Positions 19,794 through 34,258 are shown, numbered from the stretch's first letter. The stretch is DNA of 64,000 bases from an uncultured Pelagibacteraceae bacterium (GCA_902568855.1 CACFSB010000001.1:36360-100359), one strand, 5' to 3'. Numbers and translations are program-made. The notes: generated from the sequence alone by a model not told the origin.

Positions 19794-20581
19794 ATCTAAA
19801 TAAAATGTATGGACTTTTTTTGAGACATTTTTATCTCATCAAAAGTTCTTTACCAAGAGTTTTGGATTTAATTTATTGGCCAACAATACAAATTATTCTT
19901 TGGGGATTTATTTCTAAATTTTTTTCAATTTATAGTGATTATTACAATAATACACTTGGAATAATTCTTACATGTGCAATTCTTTACGACATTCTTTTTA
20001 GATCTAGCATAAGCTTTAATATGCTTTTTTTAGAGGAAATCTGGAGTAGAAATTTTACTAATTTATTTATTGCTCCATTGAAGTTGAAAGAAATAATTAT
20101 ATCTTTAATTTTTACTGCTTTGATAAGGACATTAATCGGTCTAGTGCCCGCAATTATTTTAACTTCTCCACTATTTGGAGTTTCAATTTTAAAATTAGGT
20201 CTTCCACTCTTCATATTATTTTTAAGTTTGTACATATTTGGGATTACACTAGGTTTATTTGTGAGCTCAGGTTTAATGAGATACGGACCATCCTTTGAAA
20301 ATATAGCTTGGTCATCATTATTTTTACTTGCTCCCTTAGGCTGTATCTACTATCCAATAGAAATTCTTCCTGAATTTTTCCAAGTAATTGCAAAGGGTTT
20401 GCCATTAGTTTTCATTTTTGATGAAACAAGAAATATTTTGATAAATGGTCTAGTAGATTATGAAAATATAAAACAAGCTTATTTATTAAATTTAGTTTAT
20501 CTAATTTTTGGAATAGGTTTATTCTATCTATCTTTTTTAAGAGCGAGGATAAAAGGGACGTTAATAAATATGGGTGAATAA
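19790..20581 (+). CDS. ABC-2 type exporter permease
   Basis: 6 TM, YYP...LP motif, coupled to the ATPase gene. Confidence 0.85.
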   Translation: MNLNKMYGLFLRHFYLIKSSLPRVLDLIYWPTIQIILWGFISKFFSIYSDYYNNTLGIILTCAILYDILFRSSISFNMLFLEEIWSRNFTNLFIAPLKLKEIIISLIFTALIRTLIGLVPAIILTSPLFGVSILKLGLPLFILFLSLYIFGITLGLFVSSGLMRYGPSFENIAWSSLFLLAPLGCIYYPIEILPEFFQVIAKGLPLVFIFDETRNILINGLVDYENIKQAYLLNLVYLIFGIGLFYLSFLRARIKGTLINMGE

Positions 20582-20582
20582 T

Positions 20583-20659
20583 TGGTGCGCCTGCTAGGAG
20601 TCGAACCCAGAACCTCCTGATCCGAAGTCAGGCGCTCTATCCAGTTGAGCTACAAGCGC
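20583..20659 (-). tRNA. tRNA-Arg (anticodon UCG)
   Basis: 77-nt cloverleaf GCGCTTG...CAGGCGC-ACCA; anticodon arm CCTGA-CT TCG GA-TCAGG; GTTCGA T-loop. Confidence 0.95.
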
Positions 20660-20682
20660 ATATTATATTAATATATCATTTT

Positions 20683-21663
20683 ATGGAAAAAAAAATAAAT
20701 TTGACAGTTGGTAAGACCGAAAATGAACTCCGTGTTGATATTTTCATTAAAAAGAGAGAAAATATTATCAGTCGAACGAGAATTAAGAATCTTATTTTAG
20801 ATAATAAGTTAAGAATAAATAATAAAGTAATAACTGATCCATCCAAAAAAGTTTTTTTAAGTGATGAAATAAAATTAGTCATTCCAGAACCAAAAAAAGC
20901 ATCTTTAAAACCTTATGAGTTTAATTTAGATATCGTATTTGAGGATAAAGATTTAATTGTTTTAAACAAACCCTCTGGAATAGTAATGCATCCTGCTGCA
21001 GGTAATTTTGATAATACTATCGTAAATGCGCTTATGAATTATAGTAAAAATTCTTTTTCCAGTATTGGAGGTGAATTAAGACCTGGAATAGTACATAGAA
21101 TTGATAAAAATACATCTGGATTAATTGTTATCGCAAAAAACAATGAGACTCACGAACACCTTTCTAATCAGTTTAATAAACACACAATCCAGAGAGTTTA
21201 CCAATTATTAATCTGGGGCAAAGTTAGACCATCTAAAGGTAAAATAGAAACTTTTATTACAAGAAGCTCAAAAAATAGGCAAATGATGGAAGTTAGTAAC
21301 AGTAAAGGAAAAAGAGCAATTACAAATTACAAAACTTTAGAAATTTTTGAAAATAAGAATATTCCAACTTTTAGTTTGTTAGAGTGTAAATTAGAAACAG
21401 GTCGAACTCATCAAATAAGAGTACATATGAATTATTTAGGTAACAGTATAGTTGGTGATGACAAATATAAAAAAAAGTTTAAAAAACTTAAAAATATAGA
21501 ACCATCATTAGAAAAAATTTTAATGAAATTAAACAGACAATTTCTGCACGCAAAAACATTGGGCTTTATACATCCAAAAAAAAATAAGCATATGATTTTT
21601 AACTCAATTTTACCAAATGAACTTGAAATAATACTAAAAACACTCAGAAATATGGGTAAATAA
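20683..21663 (+). CDS. rluD: 23S rRNA pseudouridine synthase RluD
   Basis: S4 domain, NKPSG, HRIDKNTSGL, TGRTHQIRVH. Confidence 0.88.
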   Translation: MEKKINLTVGKTENELRVDIFIKKRENIISRTRIKNLILDNKLRINNKVITDPSKKVFLSDEIKLVIPEPKKASLKPYEFNLDIVFEDKDLIVLNKPSGIVMHPAAGNFDNTIVNALMNYSKNSFSSIGGELRPGIVHRIDKNTSGLIVIAKNNETHEHLSNQFNKHTIQRVYQLLIWGKVRPSKGKIETFITRSSKNRQMMEVSNSKGKRAITNYKTLEIFENKNIPTFSLLECKLETGRTHQIRVHMNYLGNSIVGDDKYKKKFKKLKNIEPSLEKILMKLNRQFLHAKTLGFIHPKKNKHMIFNSILPNELEIILKTLRNMGK

Positions 21664-21703
21664 AATATTGAAAAATTTTTAATATTAATTAGATAAACTG
21701 TCT

Positions 21704-24698
<2,995 letters not shown>

Positions 24699-24699
24699 A

Positions 24700-26031
24700 T
24701 TATCTAATTTTTTTCAAAATTATATTAACACATTTAACAAGAAGTCTTTTATTTTCACTTTCTCCCATAATTCTTATTTTTGACTCTGTTCCCGATTTTC
24801 TTACAAGAATTCTACCACTACCTGTAATTAATTTTGAGGCTAGCTTAATAGCTTTCTTAATTTCAGGTTTGTTAATTATGTTTTTATCTTTCACTTCAAT
24901 ATTTTTAAGTAATTGTGGGGTTTTATTAAAGTTTTCAAAAAATTCACTGGCTCTTTTTCCCTTTCTAAGAGCAAATAAGGACTCCAGAGCAACAAGTAAA
25001 CCATCTCCTGTAGTTGCAAATTTACCTAGAATAATATGTCCTGATTGTTCTCCACCTAAATTAAATTTATTTTTTTGCATTACCTCTTTTACGTATCTAT
25101 CACCAACATTAGTACGTATAAATTTAATACCTTTTTTTTTAAAATATTTTTCAAGGCCGTAATTGGACATTAATGTTCCAACTACCCCACCTTTTAACAT
25201 TTTTTTATTTTTCCACCTTGTAGCAAGTGCAGCGATAATTTGGTCACCATCTATAATGTTACTTTTTTCATCACACATAATTATTCTATCTGCATCACCA
25301 TCTAATGAAATACCTAAATGAGCCTTATGCTTTTTAACTGCCGATTTTATCTTTTCAGGAAATGTAGAGCCACAATTTTTGTTTATATTTAATCCATTAG
25401 GATTAACTCCTATTGCAATCACCTTAGCTCCCAAAGATTTTAATAATTCTGGTCCAGCTTTGTACCCTGCTCCATTTGCACAATCAATTACAATTCTGAG
25501 TCCTCTTAAATTAAATTCCTTTGTAAAATTTTTTTTTAATATCTTGATGTAATCATTTGTACCTGTCTCCAATCTTTTTACTCTACCTAATTTTTCAGGC
25601 TTCGATAGATTTTTGATAATTTTTTTATCTATTAAACTTTCAATTTTTTTTTCAATTTTGTCTGATAGTTTCATACCATCAGGCCCAAATAGTTTTAGTC
25701 CATTATCATTATGAGGATTGTGAGAAGCTGTAATCATAATTCCCATATTAGCCCTCATAGCTTTTGTGAGCATCGCTAAACCATTTGTGGGTAAAGGTCC
25801 CAAAGTATATACATGCATACCTGCTGATGCCAATCCAGATACTAGTGCTGGTTCTAAAGTGTATCCAGACAATCTAGTATCTTTTGCTATTATTGCGGTT
25901 TGTTTTCTTTTTTTTTGAGATTTAAAATATGTTCCACTTGCTAAGCCAAATTTAAAAAACATATCTCCATTTATATTTTCACTATTGATAGCCCCCCTAA
26001 TACCGTCAGTACCAAAATATTTTTTTGTCAT
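24700..26031 (-). CDS. glmM: Phosphoglucosamine mutase
   Basis: FGTDGIRG, TASHNP, DGDADR, GGEQSGH. Confidence 0.95.
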   Translation of the reverse strand: MTKKYFGTDGIRGAINSENINGDMFFKFGLASGTYFKSQKKRKQTAIIAKDTRLSGYTLEPALVSGLASAGMHVYTLGPLPTNGLAMLTKAMRANMGIMITASHNPHNDNGLKLFGPDGMKLSDKIEKKIESLIDKKIIKNLSKPEKLGRVKRLETGTNDYIKILKKNFTKEFNLRGLRIVIDCANGAGYKAGPELLKSLGAKVIAIGVNPNGLNINKNCGSTFPEKIKSAVKKHKAHLGISLDGDADRIIMCDEKSNIIDGDQIIAALATRWKNKKMLKGGVVGTLMSNYGLEKYFKKKGIKFIRTNVGDRYVKEVMQKNKFNLGGEQSGHIILGKFATTGDGLLVALESLFALRKGKRASEFFENFNKTPQLLKNIEVKDKNIINKPEIKKAIKLASKLITGSGRILVRKSGTESKIRIMGESENKRLLVKCVNIILKKIR

Positions 26032-27086
26032 TAATTATTTATAATATTCTTAAAGATCTTTAATCCCTGTATTGTTTCATTAACATCATGAATTCTTAAA
26101 ATTTGAACCCCTTGCATCATGAGATATATTGATGATGCTATTGTTCCCCCGTTTCTGAATTTACTATCATTTTTTCCAGATAACTCCTTAATAAATCTTT
26201 TTCTTGAATTGCCCACAAGTATAGGAAAACCAAGAGAATGGAAAATAGAAATATTGCGTATCAAATTCATATTATGTTTCAAATTTTTTCCAAAACCTAT
26301 ACCAGGATCTAGAATAATTTTATTGTGTTTAATACCCTTCGATCTTAGAAGTTTTATTTTTTTTTCAAAAAAATCGTATATGTCTAGTAACTCATTTTTA
26401 TATCTAGGGTTTTTTTGCATGTTTTCAGGAGTTCCTTGTGAATGTTGAATTACAAATGGTACTTTAAATTTTTTTAATATACTTAAAGTTTGAGAGTCAA
26501 ATTCTAATCCTGAGACATCATTAATTAATTTAACTCCTAAATCTACTCCTTTAATCATAATTCTAGACTTTCTAGTATCTAAAGAAATCGGTATTTTTTT
26601 TTTAATTAATGATTTTAAAATTTTCTCAATTCTTTGCCATTCTAAATCTTCTTTAATTACTTTTGATCCTGGGCGTGTCGACTCACCACCAACATCAATC
26701 AAATTTGCACCACAATTAATTAAATTAATCGCATGATTAATTCCTTTTTTTTTTGAATTAAATTTTCCACCATCTGAAAAGCTATCAGGTGTCAAATTTA
26801 AGACACCCATAATATTAGGTATTTTACGAAAATTTAAATTTGAAAAATTTTTTTTTTTTGATTTAATTTTTTTCAAATCAGAATTAATTTTTCTCTTAAT
26901 GAATTTAGGCAAATATTTTATTTGATTAAGAAATATCTTTTTTTTTGAATTTCTTGTAATTATCTCTATTTGATCAAATGAGATTTCTTTGATCCCGTTA
27001 AGTGGTATAGTTTTATTTTTATTAACTAATTTTTTTGAGCTATTTCCATAGTAGAGATTACACAATCTTGTGTAATATCTAGACAT
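26031..27086 (-). CDS. folP: Dihydropteroate synthase
   Basis: NLTPDSFSDGG, GGESTRPG, DPGIGFGK, SRKRF. Confidence 0.95.
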   Translation of the reverse strand: MSRYYTRLCNLYYGNSSKKLVNKNKTIPLNGIKEISFDQIEIITRNSKKKIFLNQIKYLPKFIKRKINSDLKKIKSKKKNFSNLNFRKIPNIMGVLNLTPDSFSDGGKFNSKKKGINHAINLINCGANLIDVGGESTRPGSKVIKEDLEWQRIEKILKSLIKKKIPISLDTRKSRIMIKGVDLGVKLINDVSGLEFDSQTLSILKKFKVPFVIQHSQGTPENMQKNPRYKNELLDIYDFFEKKIKLLRSKGIKHNKIILDPGIGFGKNLKHNMNLIRNISIFHSLGFPILVGNSRKRFIKELSGKNDSKFRNGGTIASSIYLMMQGVQILRIHDVNETIQGLKIFKNIINN

Positions 27087-27091
27087 TAAGA

Positions 27092-28993
27092 TTAATGAAC
27101 AATTTTAGGTTTAAGTCCCATTGCACCTAAAGCAGAGCTCTTATCATCGTCAACTTTAAGGTCTTGTTTATCAGCAGGGTATATATTTTTAGTGATTATA
27201 TTTTCGATTTCTTCACCTGTTAATGTTTCATATGTCATAAGAGCTTTTGCAATTTTATGCAAATCATCAATTTTTTCGGTTAATATTTCTTTAGCTTTGT
27301 TATAGCCCTCATCAACTAATTTTCTAATTTCTTTATCTATCTTTTGAGCCACTTCCTCAGAAACTGATTGTGTTTGAGTTACAGATCTTCCTAGGAAAAC
27401 TTCTTCTTGATTTTCACCATACTCAACTGGACCCATTTCTTCGCTCATCCCGTATTTTGTAACCATGGCTCTTGCAAGTTGAGTTGCTTGATTTATGTCT
27501 GAACCACTTCCTCCACCTGCGCCCGTTGAAATATTATCTTTTCCAAAAATTACTTCCTCTGCTACTCTTCCTCCAAAACAGACCGCTAATCTTGCTTTCA
27601 AATATTTTATTGAATGACCATGTTTGTCTCTTTCAGGTAAATTCATCACCATTCCTAAAGCTCGACCTCTGGGTATAATTGTTGCTTTATGTATTGGGTC
27701 GTAACTAGGCATATTAAATGAGACTAAAGCATGTCCACCTTCATGATATGCCGTCAATTTTTTTTCATCTTCCGTCATAACCATTGATCGTCTTTCAGCT
27801 CCCATCATTACTTTATCCTTTGCTTCTTCGAATTCGTTTAAAGTAACAATTCTTTTATTTTTTCTAGCCGCTAATAATGCAGACTCATTAACTAAATTAG
27901 CTAGATCAGCACCTGAAAATCCAGGAGTTCCTCTTGCTATAGTTCTCAAGTTTACATCAGGAGCCATCTTGATCTTTTTAACATGAACTTTAAGGATTTT
28001 TTCTCTTCCAATTATATCTGGATTAGAAACTACAACTTGTCTATCAAATCTACCAGGTCTTAATAATGCAGGATCAAGAACATCAGGCCTGTTTGTTGCT
28101 GCGATTATAATGACACCTTCGTTAGTGTCAAAACCATCCATCTCAACAAGAAGCTGATTAAGAGTTTGCTCCCTTTCATCGTTACCTCCTCCTAATCCTG
28201 CGCCTCGACTTCTTCCAACAGCATCAATCTCATCAATAAATATTATACAAGGCGAATTTTTTTTTCCTTGCTCGAACATGTCTCTCACTCTTGATGCTCC
28301 CACACCAACGAACATTTCTACGAAATCTGATCCAGATATAGTAAAGAAAGGAACACCTGCTTCACCAGCAATTGCTCTAGCTAATAAAGTTTTTCCTGTT
28401 CCTGGAGGACCAACAAGAAGTGCACCCCTAGGTATTTTTCCACCTAATCTACTAAATTTTTTTGGATCTTTTAAAAACTCAACAATTTCCTCAACTTCCT
28501 CTTTAGCCTCTTCTACTCCTGCAACATCGTTAAAGGTTACTTTGCCTTTCATTTCATTCATCATTTTTGCTTTAGATCTTCCAAAGCCCATCGCTCCACC
28601 TTTTCCACCTTGCATTTGTCTCATAAAGAAAATCCAAACAGCTATTAATAATAACATTGGAAACCACGAGAGTAGGACACCAAATAATGAAGGCATCTTT
28701 TCCTCTATAGGTGCTGCAGATATACTCACACCCTTCTCTGAAAGTTTTTCTATTAAATTAGGATCATTTGGTGAATAAGTTTTAAAACTTTTGCCATTTG
28801 CATAAACACCATTTATGTTGTTTCCTTGAATCTCAACTTTTAAAACCTCACCTTGTTCTACAGACTCCAAAAATTCTGAGAAAATTACTTCATTAGAACT
28901 TCTTATATTTGCTTGAGGATTTTTAAACATATTGTAGAGACCAATCGTTAAAAAAACGATTATTGCCCACATTGCTAAGTTTTTAAGATTCAT
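27092..28993 (-). CDS. ftsH: ATP-dependent zinc metalloprotease FtsH
   Basis: [20 protein letters not shown]. Confidence 0.97.
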   Translation of the reverse strand: MNLKNLAMWAIIVFLTIGLYNMFKNPQANIRSSNEVIFSEFLESVEQGEVLKVEIQGNNINGVYANGKSFKTYSPNDPNLIEKLSEKGVSISAAPIEEKMPSLFGVLLSWFPMLLLIAVWIFFMRQMQGGKGGAMGFGRSKAKMMNEMKGKVTFNDVAGVEEAKEEVEEIVEFLKDPKKFSRLGGKIPRGALLVGPPGTGKTLLARAIAGEAGVPFFTISGSDFVEMFVGVGASRVRDMFEQGKKNSPCIIFIDEIDAVGRSRGAGLGGGNDEREQTLNQLLVEMDGFDTNEGVIIIAATNRPDVLDPALLRPGRFDRQVVVSNPDIIGREKILKVHVKKIKMAPDVNLRTIARGTPGFSGADLANLVNESALLAARKNKRIVTLNEFEEAKDKVMMGAERRSMVMTEDEKKLTAYHEGGHALVSFNMPSYDPIHKATIIPRGRALGMVMNLPERDKHGHSIKYLKARLAVCFGGRVAEEVIFGKDNISTGAGGGSGSDINQATQLARAMVTKYGMSEEMGPVEYGENQEEVFLGRSVTQTQSVSEEVAQKIDKEIRKLVDEGYNKAKEILTEKIDDLHKIAKALMTYETLTGEEIENIITKNIYPADKQDLKVDDDKSSALGAMGLKPKIVH

Positions 28994-29000
28994 GGCTATA

Positions 29001-29028
29001 AGATAAGAATTATTATAAATTTAACAAG
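29001..29028 (-). promoter_or_regulatory. Candidate sigma-32-type promoter of ftsH
   Basis: CTTG-N17-CTTATCT on the minus strand fits the alphaproteobacterial RpoH consensus, but also overlaps the sigma-70 consensus. Confidence 0.4.
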
Positions 29029-29035
29029 TCTATTT

Positions 29036-30064
29036 TTACCCTTCTTTTGTTAAAATCACAGTGTGATTTACCATCTTAATGACGCATCCTCCCAATGTTT
29101 CTTTTTTTAGTTTCTGCTCTTTAATTTTATTCCAAATATTCTCTATTTTTTTACCTCTCACAAAATTCGGCTTTTTTCCCACTAAATGAATTAAATCGGA
29201 TAAGGATCTAAAAATGACCTCATATGAATTGTCAAAAAAATTATCTTTTAATATAAGTTCATTTTTTCTGTAGTTAAAAATCGAGTTTTCTTTCTTATTC
29301 TTTTCAACATAAAACTTTATTGATTGATCTGACTTTTTTAAATTTTCTATTGTTAATTGAAATTTTTTCTTATCGAGGCCGAAATCCTCAAATTTCTTTA
29401 TTAAGTTTCTTACTTTAATTCTATTAAATTTGATATCATCATTAGTTGGATCATGAATATAAAAATTAAATATAAATCTTGATAAAAATATTAAATCTCT
29501 TTTGTCAAATCCAATCAAAGGTCTAATCAAATTTATATTTTCAATTTGAGTATTTGTCCCAAGTGAGACAAGTCCTTTTAAACCACTCCCCCTAGCCATT
29601 CTTAAAAAAAAGTTTTCGATTAAATCATCTATATGATGACCTAAGACTAAGTTGCTAATTTTAAGTTTTTTACATTTTAAAAATAAAAGCTCATATCGTT
29701 TACTCCTCGCTAAGGATTGAATATTGGTAATAGGCTTTTTTCCCTTCCAAGTAAGAACTTGAGAATTGATTTTTAAAGATTTAAGAATTTTTTTTACCTT
29801 ATGAGCCTCATAAGTAGACTCTTTTCTAAGCTTATGATCTACAATAAAATACCTTGGATTTATGTTTTTTTTTAAAGCATATAACTTTGTTAAAAAAGCT
29901 AAAGCCAAACTGTCTGCTCCCCCTGATACTGCAACTATGAAATTAGTATCTATTTTAAATGACTTTTCAAATTTTTTAAAAATTTTATTTACTTTTCGAT
30001 TTAAAATTTTTGATTTATATATTTTAGGAATTTTTTTTCTTACACTCAAATTTTTGAGACTCAT
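29036..30064 (-). CDS. tilS: tRNA(Ile)-lysidine synthase
   Basis: SGGADS, VDHKLR, GHH.DD..E; in-frame ATG at 30064 chosen to reduce overlap. Confidence 0.9.
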   Translation of the reverse strand: MSLKNLSVRKKIPKIYKSKILNRKVNKIFKKFEKSFKIDTNFIVAVSGGADSLALAFLTKLYALKKNINPRYFIVDHKLRKESTYEAHKVKKILKSLKINSQVLTWKGKKPITNIQSLARSKRYELLFLKCKKLKISNLVLGHHIDDLIENFFLRMARGSGLKGLVSLGTNTQIENINLIRPLIGFDKRDLIFLSRFIFNFYIHDPTNDDIKFNRIKVRNLIKKFEDFGLDKKKFQLTIENLKKSDQSIKFYVEKNKKENSIFNYRKNELILKDNFFDNSYEVIFRSLSDLIHLVGKKPNFVRGKKIENIWNKIKEQKLKKETLGGCVIKMVNHTVILTKEG

Positions 30065-31013
30065 ACTTTGCTTTTTGAATAACAGACTGATTTGCGTCTG
30101 GGTATTGTTTCTCAACACCACTTATCATTTTACAGCCTTGATCTTTTTCTCCAATCTGTATCATTGATACACCTAGCTTTAATAAATTAATAGGAGCTTT
30201 TTCTCCTTTTGGGTATTTTTGATAACCTTCTAAATAAGCTGAAGCAGCATCAGTATATAATTGTCTTATTCTAAATGTTTCAGCATACCAATATTGTGCG
30301 TTACCTGCCAACTTATGATCAGGGTTTGAAATTACAAATTCTCTAAATGCTCTTTCAGCAGTAGGGTAATCTCCAACTCTTAAAAAACTCGTTGCAAATT
30401 CATATTGCTCAGGTGCTGAAACATCTGGTAAAATTTTTTCTTCCGCTTGAAATGTCTCAGTAACAATTGTTGCAGTCGTTTCAACTGATTGTATTTTTTG
30501 AGTTGTATCACTTGTAGAATTATCTTTATAAGATATTGACCCTAAATCTTGTGGTTGAGATGAGCCTGGTAAAATTTCTGTATCTGTTTCTGAACTTTTT
30601 TTTGAAGTCAAATTTATAGCTTCACCATTTGATAAAGCGGTTTCTAAATCTTGAAATCTAAGTTGATTATCTGATTGAACTTTAGAAAGTCTATTTGATA
30701 ACTTATCTAGCTTAAAATTTATTTCTTCAAATTTATTAGTAAGTTCCTGAAATTGATTTTCAATTTCAGATAATTTCAACAAATGTCGTGTAAGTACATC
30801 CTCAGAGTTACTATCAATGCTTGATGAAACTGAATTGGTGTTATTGAATTCATTTGAATTTGAGTAAACAGCTTTTTCAAGAGTTTTTAAATCTTTTTTG
30901 ATCAGCTCTAGTGTATCGTATATATTATGATTGTCAGCGAAAGAGGCGGAAAAAACTAAAAAATTAATTAAAAAAAAAATTTTGAATTTTAATAATTCTT
31001 TAAAGTATTTCAT
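30024..31013 (-). CDS. cpoB: Tol-Pal protein YbgF/CpoB
   Basis: Signal peptide, coiled coil, TPR (AGNAQYW.AE...KAP..LLKLG); downstream of pal. Confidence 0.88.
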   Translation of the reverse strand: MKYFKELLKFKIFFLINFLVFSASFADNHNIYDTLELIKKDLKTLEKAVYSNSNEFNNTNSVSSSIDSNSEDVLTRHLLKLSEIENQFQELTNKFEEINFKLDKLSNRLSKVQSDNQLRFQDLETALSNGEAINLTSKKSSETDTEILPGSSQPQDLGSISYKDNSTSDTTQKIQSVETTATIVTETFQAEEKILPDVSAPEQYEFATSFLRVGDYPTAERAFREFVISNPDHKLAGNAQYWYAETFRIRQLYTDAASAYLEGYQKYPKGEKAPINLLKLGVSMIQIGEKDQGCKMISGVEKQYPDANQSVIQKAKYESQKFECKKKNS

Positions 31014-31041
31014 TCAGTTAGGTTATGTCTAAAATAATGGC

Positions 31042-31082
31042 AAAAAAAAGACCTCTTAAATCATTATAATTTAAGAGGTCTT
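31042..31082 (-). terminator. Intrinsic terminator after pal
   Basis: 14-bp inverted repeat 31048-31061 / 31069-31082 with T tract on the minus strand. Confidence 0.75.
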
Positions 31083-31099
31083 AAATATTAATTAAATAT

Positions 31100-31579
31100 T
31101 TAATTTGCTTTAACGGTTACAGATCTTCTATTTTTTGACCAAGCTAATGGATTAGACCCAGAGTCTACTGGTCTTTCTTTACCATAACTTAAAACTGAAA
31201 TTCTGTCAGAAGATATTCCGTAAGTCATTAAATAATCCTTAGCTGCATTAGCTCTTCTTTCGCCTAATGCTAAGTTATATTCTCTTGTTCCTCTTTCATC
31301 AGCATGTCCTTCTAAAACAATTGTAATTTTAGAATTTTTTCTTAACCATGCAGCTTGCTTTCTAAGAGTTTCTCTAGAAGCTGTAGTTAGAACTGACTCG
31401 TTAGTTGCAAAAAATACTCTATCAGGAACACCTGAAGCTAAGTACTCAACCGTATCTGTTCCAGTGTAAACATCACCTTGCATTTGCCCTGTAGATTTTT
31501 TTGATGTAGCACATGCAGAAAGTGCTAAACATGCAACTACTATTAAAAATCCATTTTTTAGAATTTTGCTTAATTTCAT
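31100..31579 (-). CDS. pal: Peptidoglycan-associated lipoprotein
   Basis: Lipobox LSAC; EGHADERGTREYNLALGERRA. Confidence 0.96.
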   Translation of the reverse strand: MKLSKILKNGFLIVVACLALSACATSKKSTGQMQGDVYTGTDTVEYLASGVPDRVFFATNESVLTTASRETLRKQAAWLRKNSKITIVLEGHADERGTREYNLALGERRANAAKDYLMTYGISSDRISVLSYGKERPVDSGSNPLAWSKNRRSVTVKAN

Positions 31580-31665
31580 TATTACTCCTTGATCAATATT
31601 TCTTTAGTCTTAGTTTTTCACAACTAATTAGATCTTTCAAGGCTAAAAATCAAGCGAATTAATTA

Positions 31666-33006
31666 TCAATTACTTAATAAAGATGACCATGATGGGTCTG
31701 ATCCATCAGTTGGAGTAGGAACCTGTCTCTCATTATAGCCTGTTAAATCTATAGACCATAATTTTGCAGAAAAACCCTTTCCTTTAGAATCTGTTTTCGT
31801 CTCCCTATAAAAAATCAGTACTCTACCATTGGGCGACCAGGAAGGAGCTTCTTGATAAAAATTTTCAGTTAATAATCTTTCGCCACTTCCATCAGTTCTC
31901 ATTACGCCTATATAAAATTTTCCTTTATGTAATTTTGTAAATGCGATTAGATCTCCTCTCGGAGACCAAACTGGAGTACCATAAATTCCTTTACCAAAAG
32001 ATATTCTTTTAACATTACTTCCATCACTCTTCATTACGTAAATTTGTTGATAACCACTTCTGTCAGAGTTGAAAGAAATAAATTTTCCATCTGGAGAATA
32101 TGAAGGTGATGTATCTATAGATGGATGATTTGTGATTTTTTCAACTATTCTATTCTCTAAATCCATTGTGTAAATTTCAGAATTACCATCCTTAGCAAAA
32201 CTCATGATTATTTTTTTTCCATCTGGAGAAAATCTTGGTGCAAAAGTCATACCAGGAAAATCTCCTACAACTTCTTGGGTTCCTGTTTCAATGTCCAATA
32301 AATAAACTCTTGGTAAATTTCTAAAATATGAAAGATAAGTTACCATTTGACTAGTTGGATTAAATCTTGGAGTTAAAACAAGTTCATTTCCTAATGTTAA
32401 AAATTTATTGTTAGCGCCATCTTGATCCATGATAGCTAATTTTTTTACTCTTTGAGTTTTAGGCCCCTCTTCTGCAACATATATTATTCTAGTATCAAAA
32501 TAACCCTTTTCACCAGTTAATCTTTCATAAACTTTATCTGTAATTATATGACCTACACGTCTCCAATTATTTGGAACAGTTGTGAATGCTAGAGCCATCA
32601 TTTCCTTACCTGCAAGCACATCCCACAATCTAAATTCTACTCTTAGTTTTTCTTCCATATAACTAACTTTTCCAGTGATCAAAGCCTGAGCTTTAATTAA
32701 GTTCCAATCTTCAAATCTAGGCTTTAAATTTGCAATATCTGGTTCTTGTAAAAACGCATCTTTATTTAATGGATTAAATAAACCTGAAACTTTTAAATTA
32801 TTTTCTATAATTGAAGATATTTCTGAACCAATATTTTTCTTTTTAAGAATATTTTCAAAATTTTTTCTGGACTCCTCATCAATAGATAACGGAGAAACTG
32901 CAATAGGTAATGGGTTTAAATTACCTCTGGTTATATCAACCTCTATTAAACTAAATGATTTAACTGGTATTAGTATTATAATTAAAGTAATTAAAAATTT
33001 TTTCAT
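31666..33006 (-). CDS. tolB: Tol-Pal beta-propeller protein TolB
   Basis: PD40 repeats (P.[FYW]SPDG), GYFDTRI. Confidence 0.96.
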   Translation of the reverse strand: MKKFLITLIIILIPVKSFSLIEVDITRGNLNPLPIAVSPLSIDEESRKNFENILKKKNIGSEISSIIENNLKVSGLFNPLNKDAFLQEPDIANLKPRFEDWNLIKAQALITGKVSYMEEKLRVEFRLWDVLAGKEMMALAFTTVPNNWRRVGHIITDKVYERLTGEKGYFDTRIIYVAEEGPKTQRVKKLAIMDQDGANNKFLTLGNELVLTPRFNPTSQMVTYLSYFRNLPRVYLLDIETGTQEVVGDFPGMTFAPRFSPDGKKIIMSFAKDGNSEIYTMDLENRIVEKITNHPSIDTSPSYSPDGKFISFNSDRSGYQQIYVMKSDGSNVKRISFGKGIYGTPVWSPRGDLIAFTKLHKGKFYIGVMRTDGSGERLLTENFYQEAPSWSPNGRVLIFYRETKTDSKGKGFSAKLWSIDLTGYNERQVPTPTDGSDPSWSSLLSN

Positions 33007-33023
33007 TTTTTTTATTTTCTATA

Positions 33024-33833
33024 CTAACCCTCTAGCATTTCTCTTGCATCAAAATTTAATTGCAATTCCTTCCATCTTTCATAACCAGTGCTAGGAACTC
33101 TTAAAGGCTGACACAATTTGATAGCTCTTAAAGCACTTTCAGCCAACACTTTATAAAAACCTTGTCCCGGTTTGTTCATCCTAGCATGATCTAAAATTTC
33201 AGACTTAATCACTGATCCATCTGGTTTTAATTCAAGTTTTATTCTAACTAGTAAATTTTCATTATATGGTAATCCGAGCGGAATACTCCAACATCCAAAA
33301 ATTTGTGCTTTTAATGCATCTTCTTCACTTAATGAAAGCCCTGTATTCTCAAAATTTTTATTTTGGTCTTGGCTTAAATCTGGATTTTTCTTTAAGGTCT
33401 CTGCTTTGCTCTCTTTAGATTTATCAATCAGGGCTGCAATATTATTTGGATCAAATAATTCCTCTTTTTCAAATTCAGAAACTTGCTTTACTTCATTGTC
33501 AATTTTTTCAGGGTTTTGTTTATCCTCTTTTATTTTTTCAACTTTCTTTACTTTGTCCTCTGGCATTGGAACAGCATCAGGCTTTATTTTCTTAACTTTT
33601 TTAGGTGGAGCTTGTTCTGATACTAATTTTTTTTCTTTTTCTTTCACTTTTTCAATTATTTTTTTTGCCTTTGGTGCAAATGGAATATTTGTTTTTTCAG
33701 TAATTTGAATTAATTCTACTGAAACAATTGGAGGAAGATCAATTGGTTTCTTTGCTAAAAAAGGAAGGCTCATTGCTGTTAAAAAAATAATAAATAGGTG
33801 TAGAATAGAGGAAATTACAATACTCCTATTCAC
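33024..33833 (-). CDS. tolA: TolA-like protein
   Basis: N-terminal TM with S..LH, Lys/Glu/Pro-rich linker, CW..P...A.RAI..C C-domain. Confidence 0.85.
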   Translation of the reverse strand: MNRSIVISSILHLFIIFLTAMSLPFLAKKPIDLPPIVSVELIQITEKTNIPFAPKAKKIIEKVKEKEKKLVSEQAPPKKVKKIKPDAVPMPEDKVKKVEKIKEDKQNPEKIDNEVKQVSEFEKEELFDPNNIAALIDKSKESKAETLKKNPDLSQDQNKNFENTGLSLSEEDALKAQIFGCWSIPLGLPYNENLLVRIKLELKPDGSVIKSEILDHARMNKPGQGFYKVLAESALRAIKLCQPLRVPSTGYERWKELQLNFDAREMLEG

Positions 33834-33840
33834 AAAAAAA

Positions 33841-34257
33841 TTACCTTTCTTTATATGGTTCTGAAATTAAAGCTACTTTTGTAAATCCTGAACCTGAAAG
33901 TAACCCCATTATTTCAAGAACTCTGCCGTAGTTAATAGTTTTATCCCCTCTTACATAAATTCTTGTGTCAGTCCGATTTTTTGAGACTGCTAACACTTTT
34001 GCGATAATTTTTTCATATTCAACTTTTGACTCTTGTATAAAAATTTCTCCTTTTGAATTTATTGTTAAAGTTAAAGGTTCTTGTTCCTCAGGAAGGGAGT
34101 CGGCTGAACTTTCTGGTAAATCAACTTGAACTCCTACTGTCAATAGAGGTGCTGTAACCATAAAGATAATCAATAATACTAACATCACATCTACGAATGG
34201 TGTCACATTGATTTCACTCATTGGTTCTTTTGATGAACGATTAAACTTAAATGCCAT
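33841..34257 (-). CDS. tolR: TolR
   Basis: EINVTPFVDVMLVLLIIFMVTAP. Confidence 0.95.
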   Translation of the reverse strand: MAFKFNRSSKEPMSEINVTPFVDVMLVLLIIFMVTAPLLTVGVQVDLPESSADSLPEEQEPLTLTINSKGEIFIQESKVEYEKIIAKVLAVSKNRTDTRIYVRGDKTINYGRVLEIMGLLSGSGFTKVALISEPYKER

Positions 34258-34258
34258 T

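Noticed and set aside
30024-30121. 98-nt tilS/cpoB overlap as a dual-coding feature
   Set aside because: An in-frame ATG at 30064 reduces it to 41 nt, unremarkable in a compact genome
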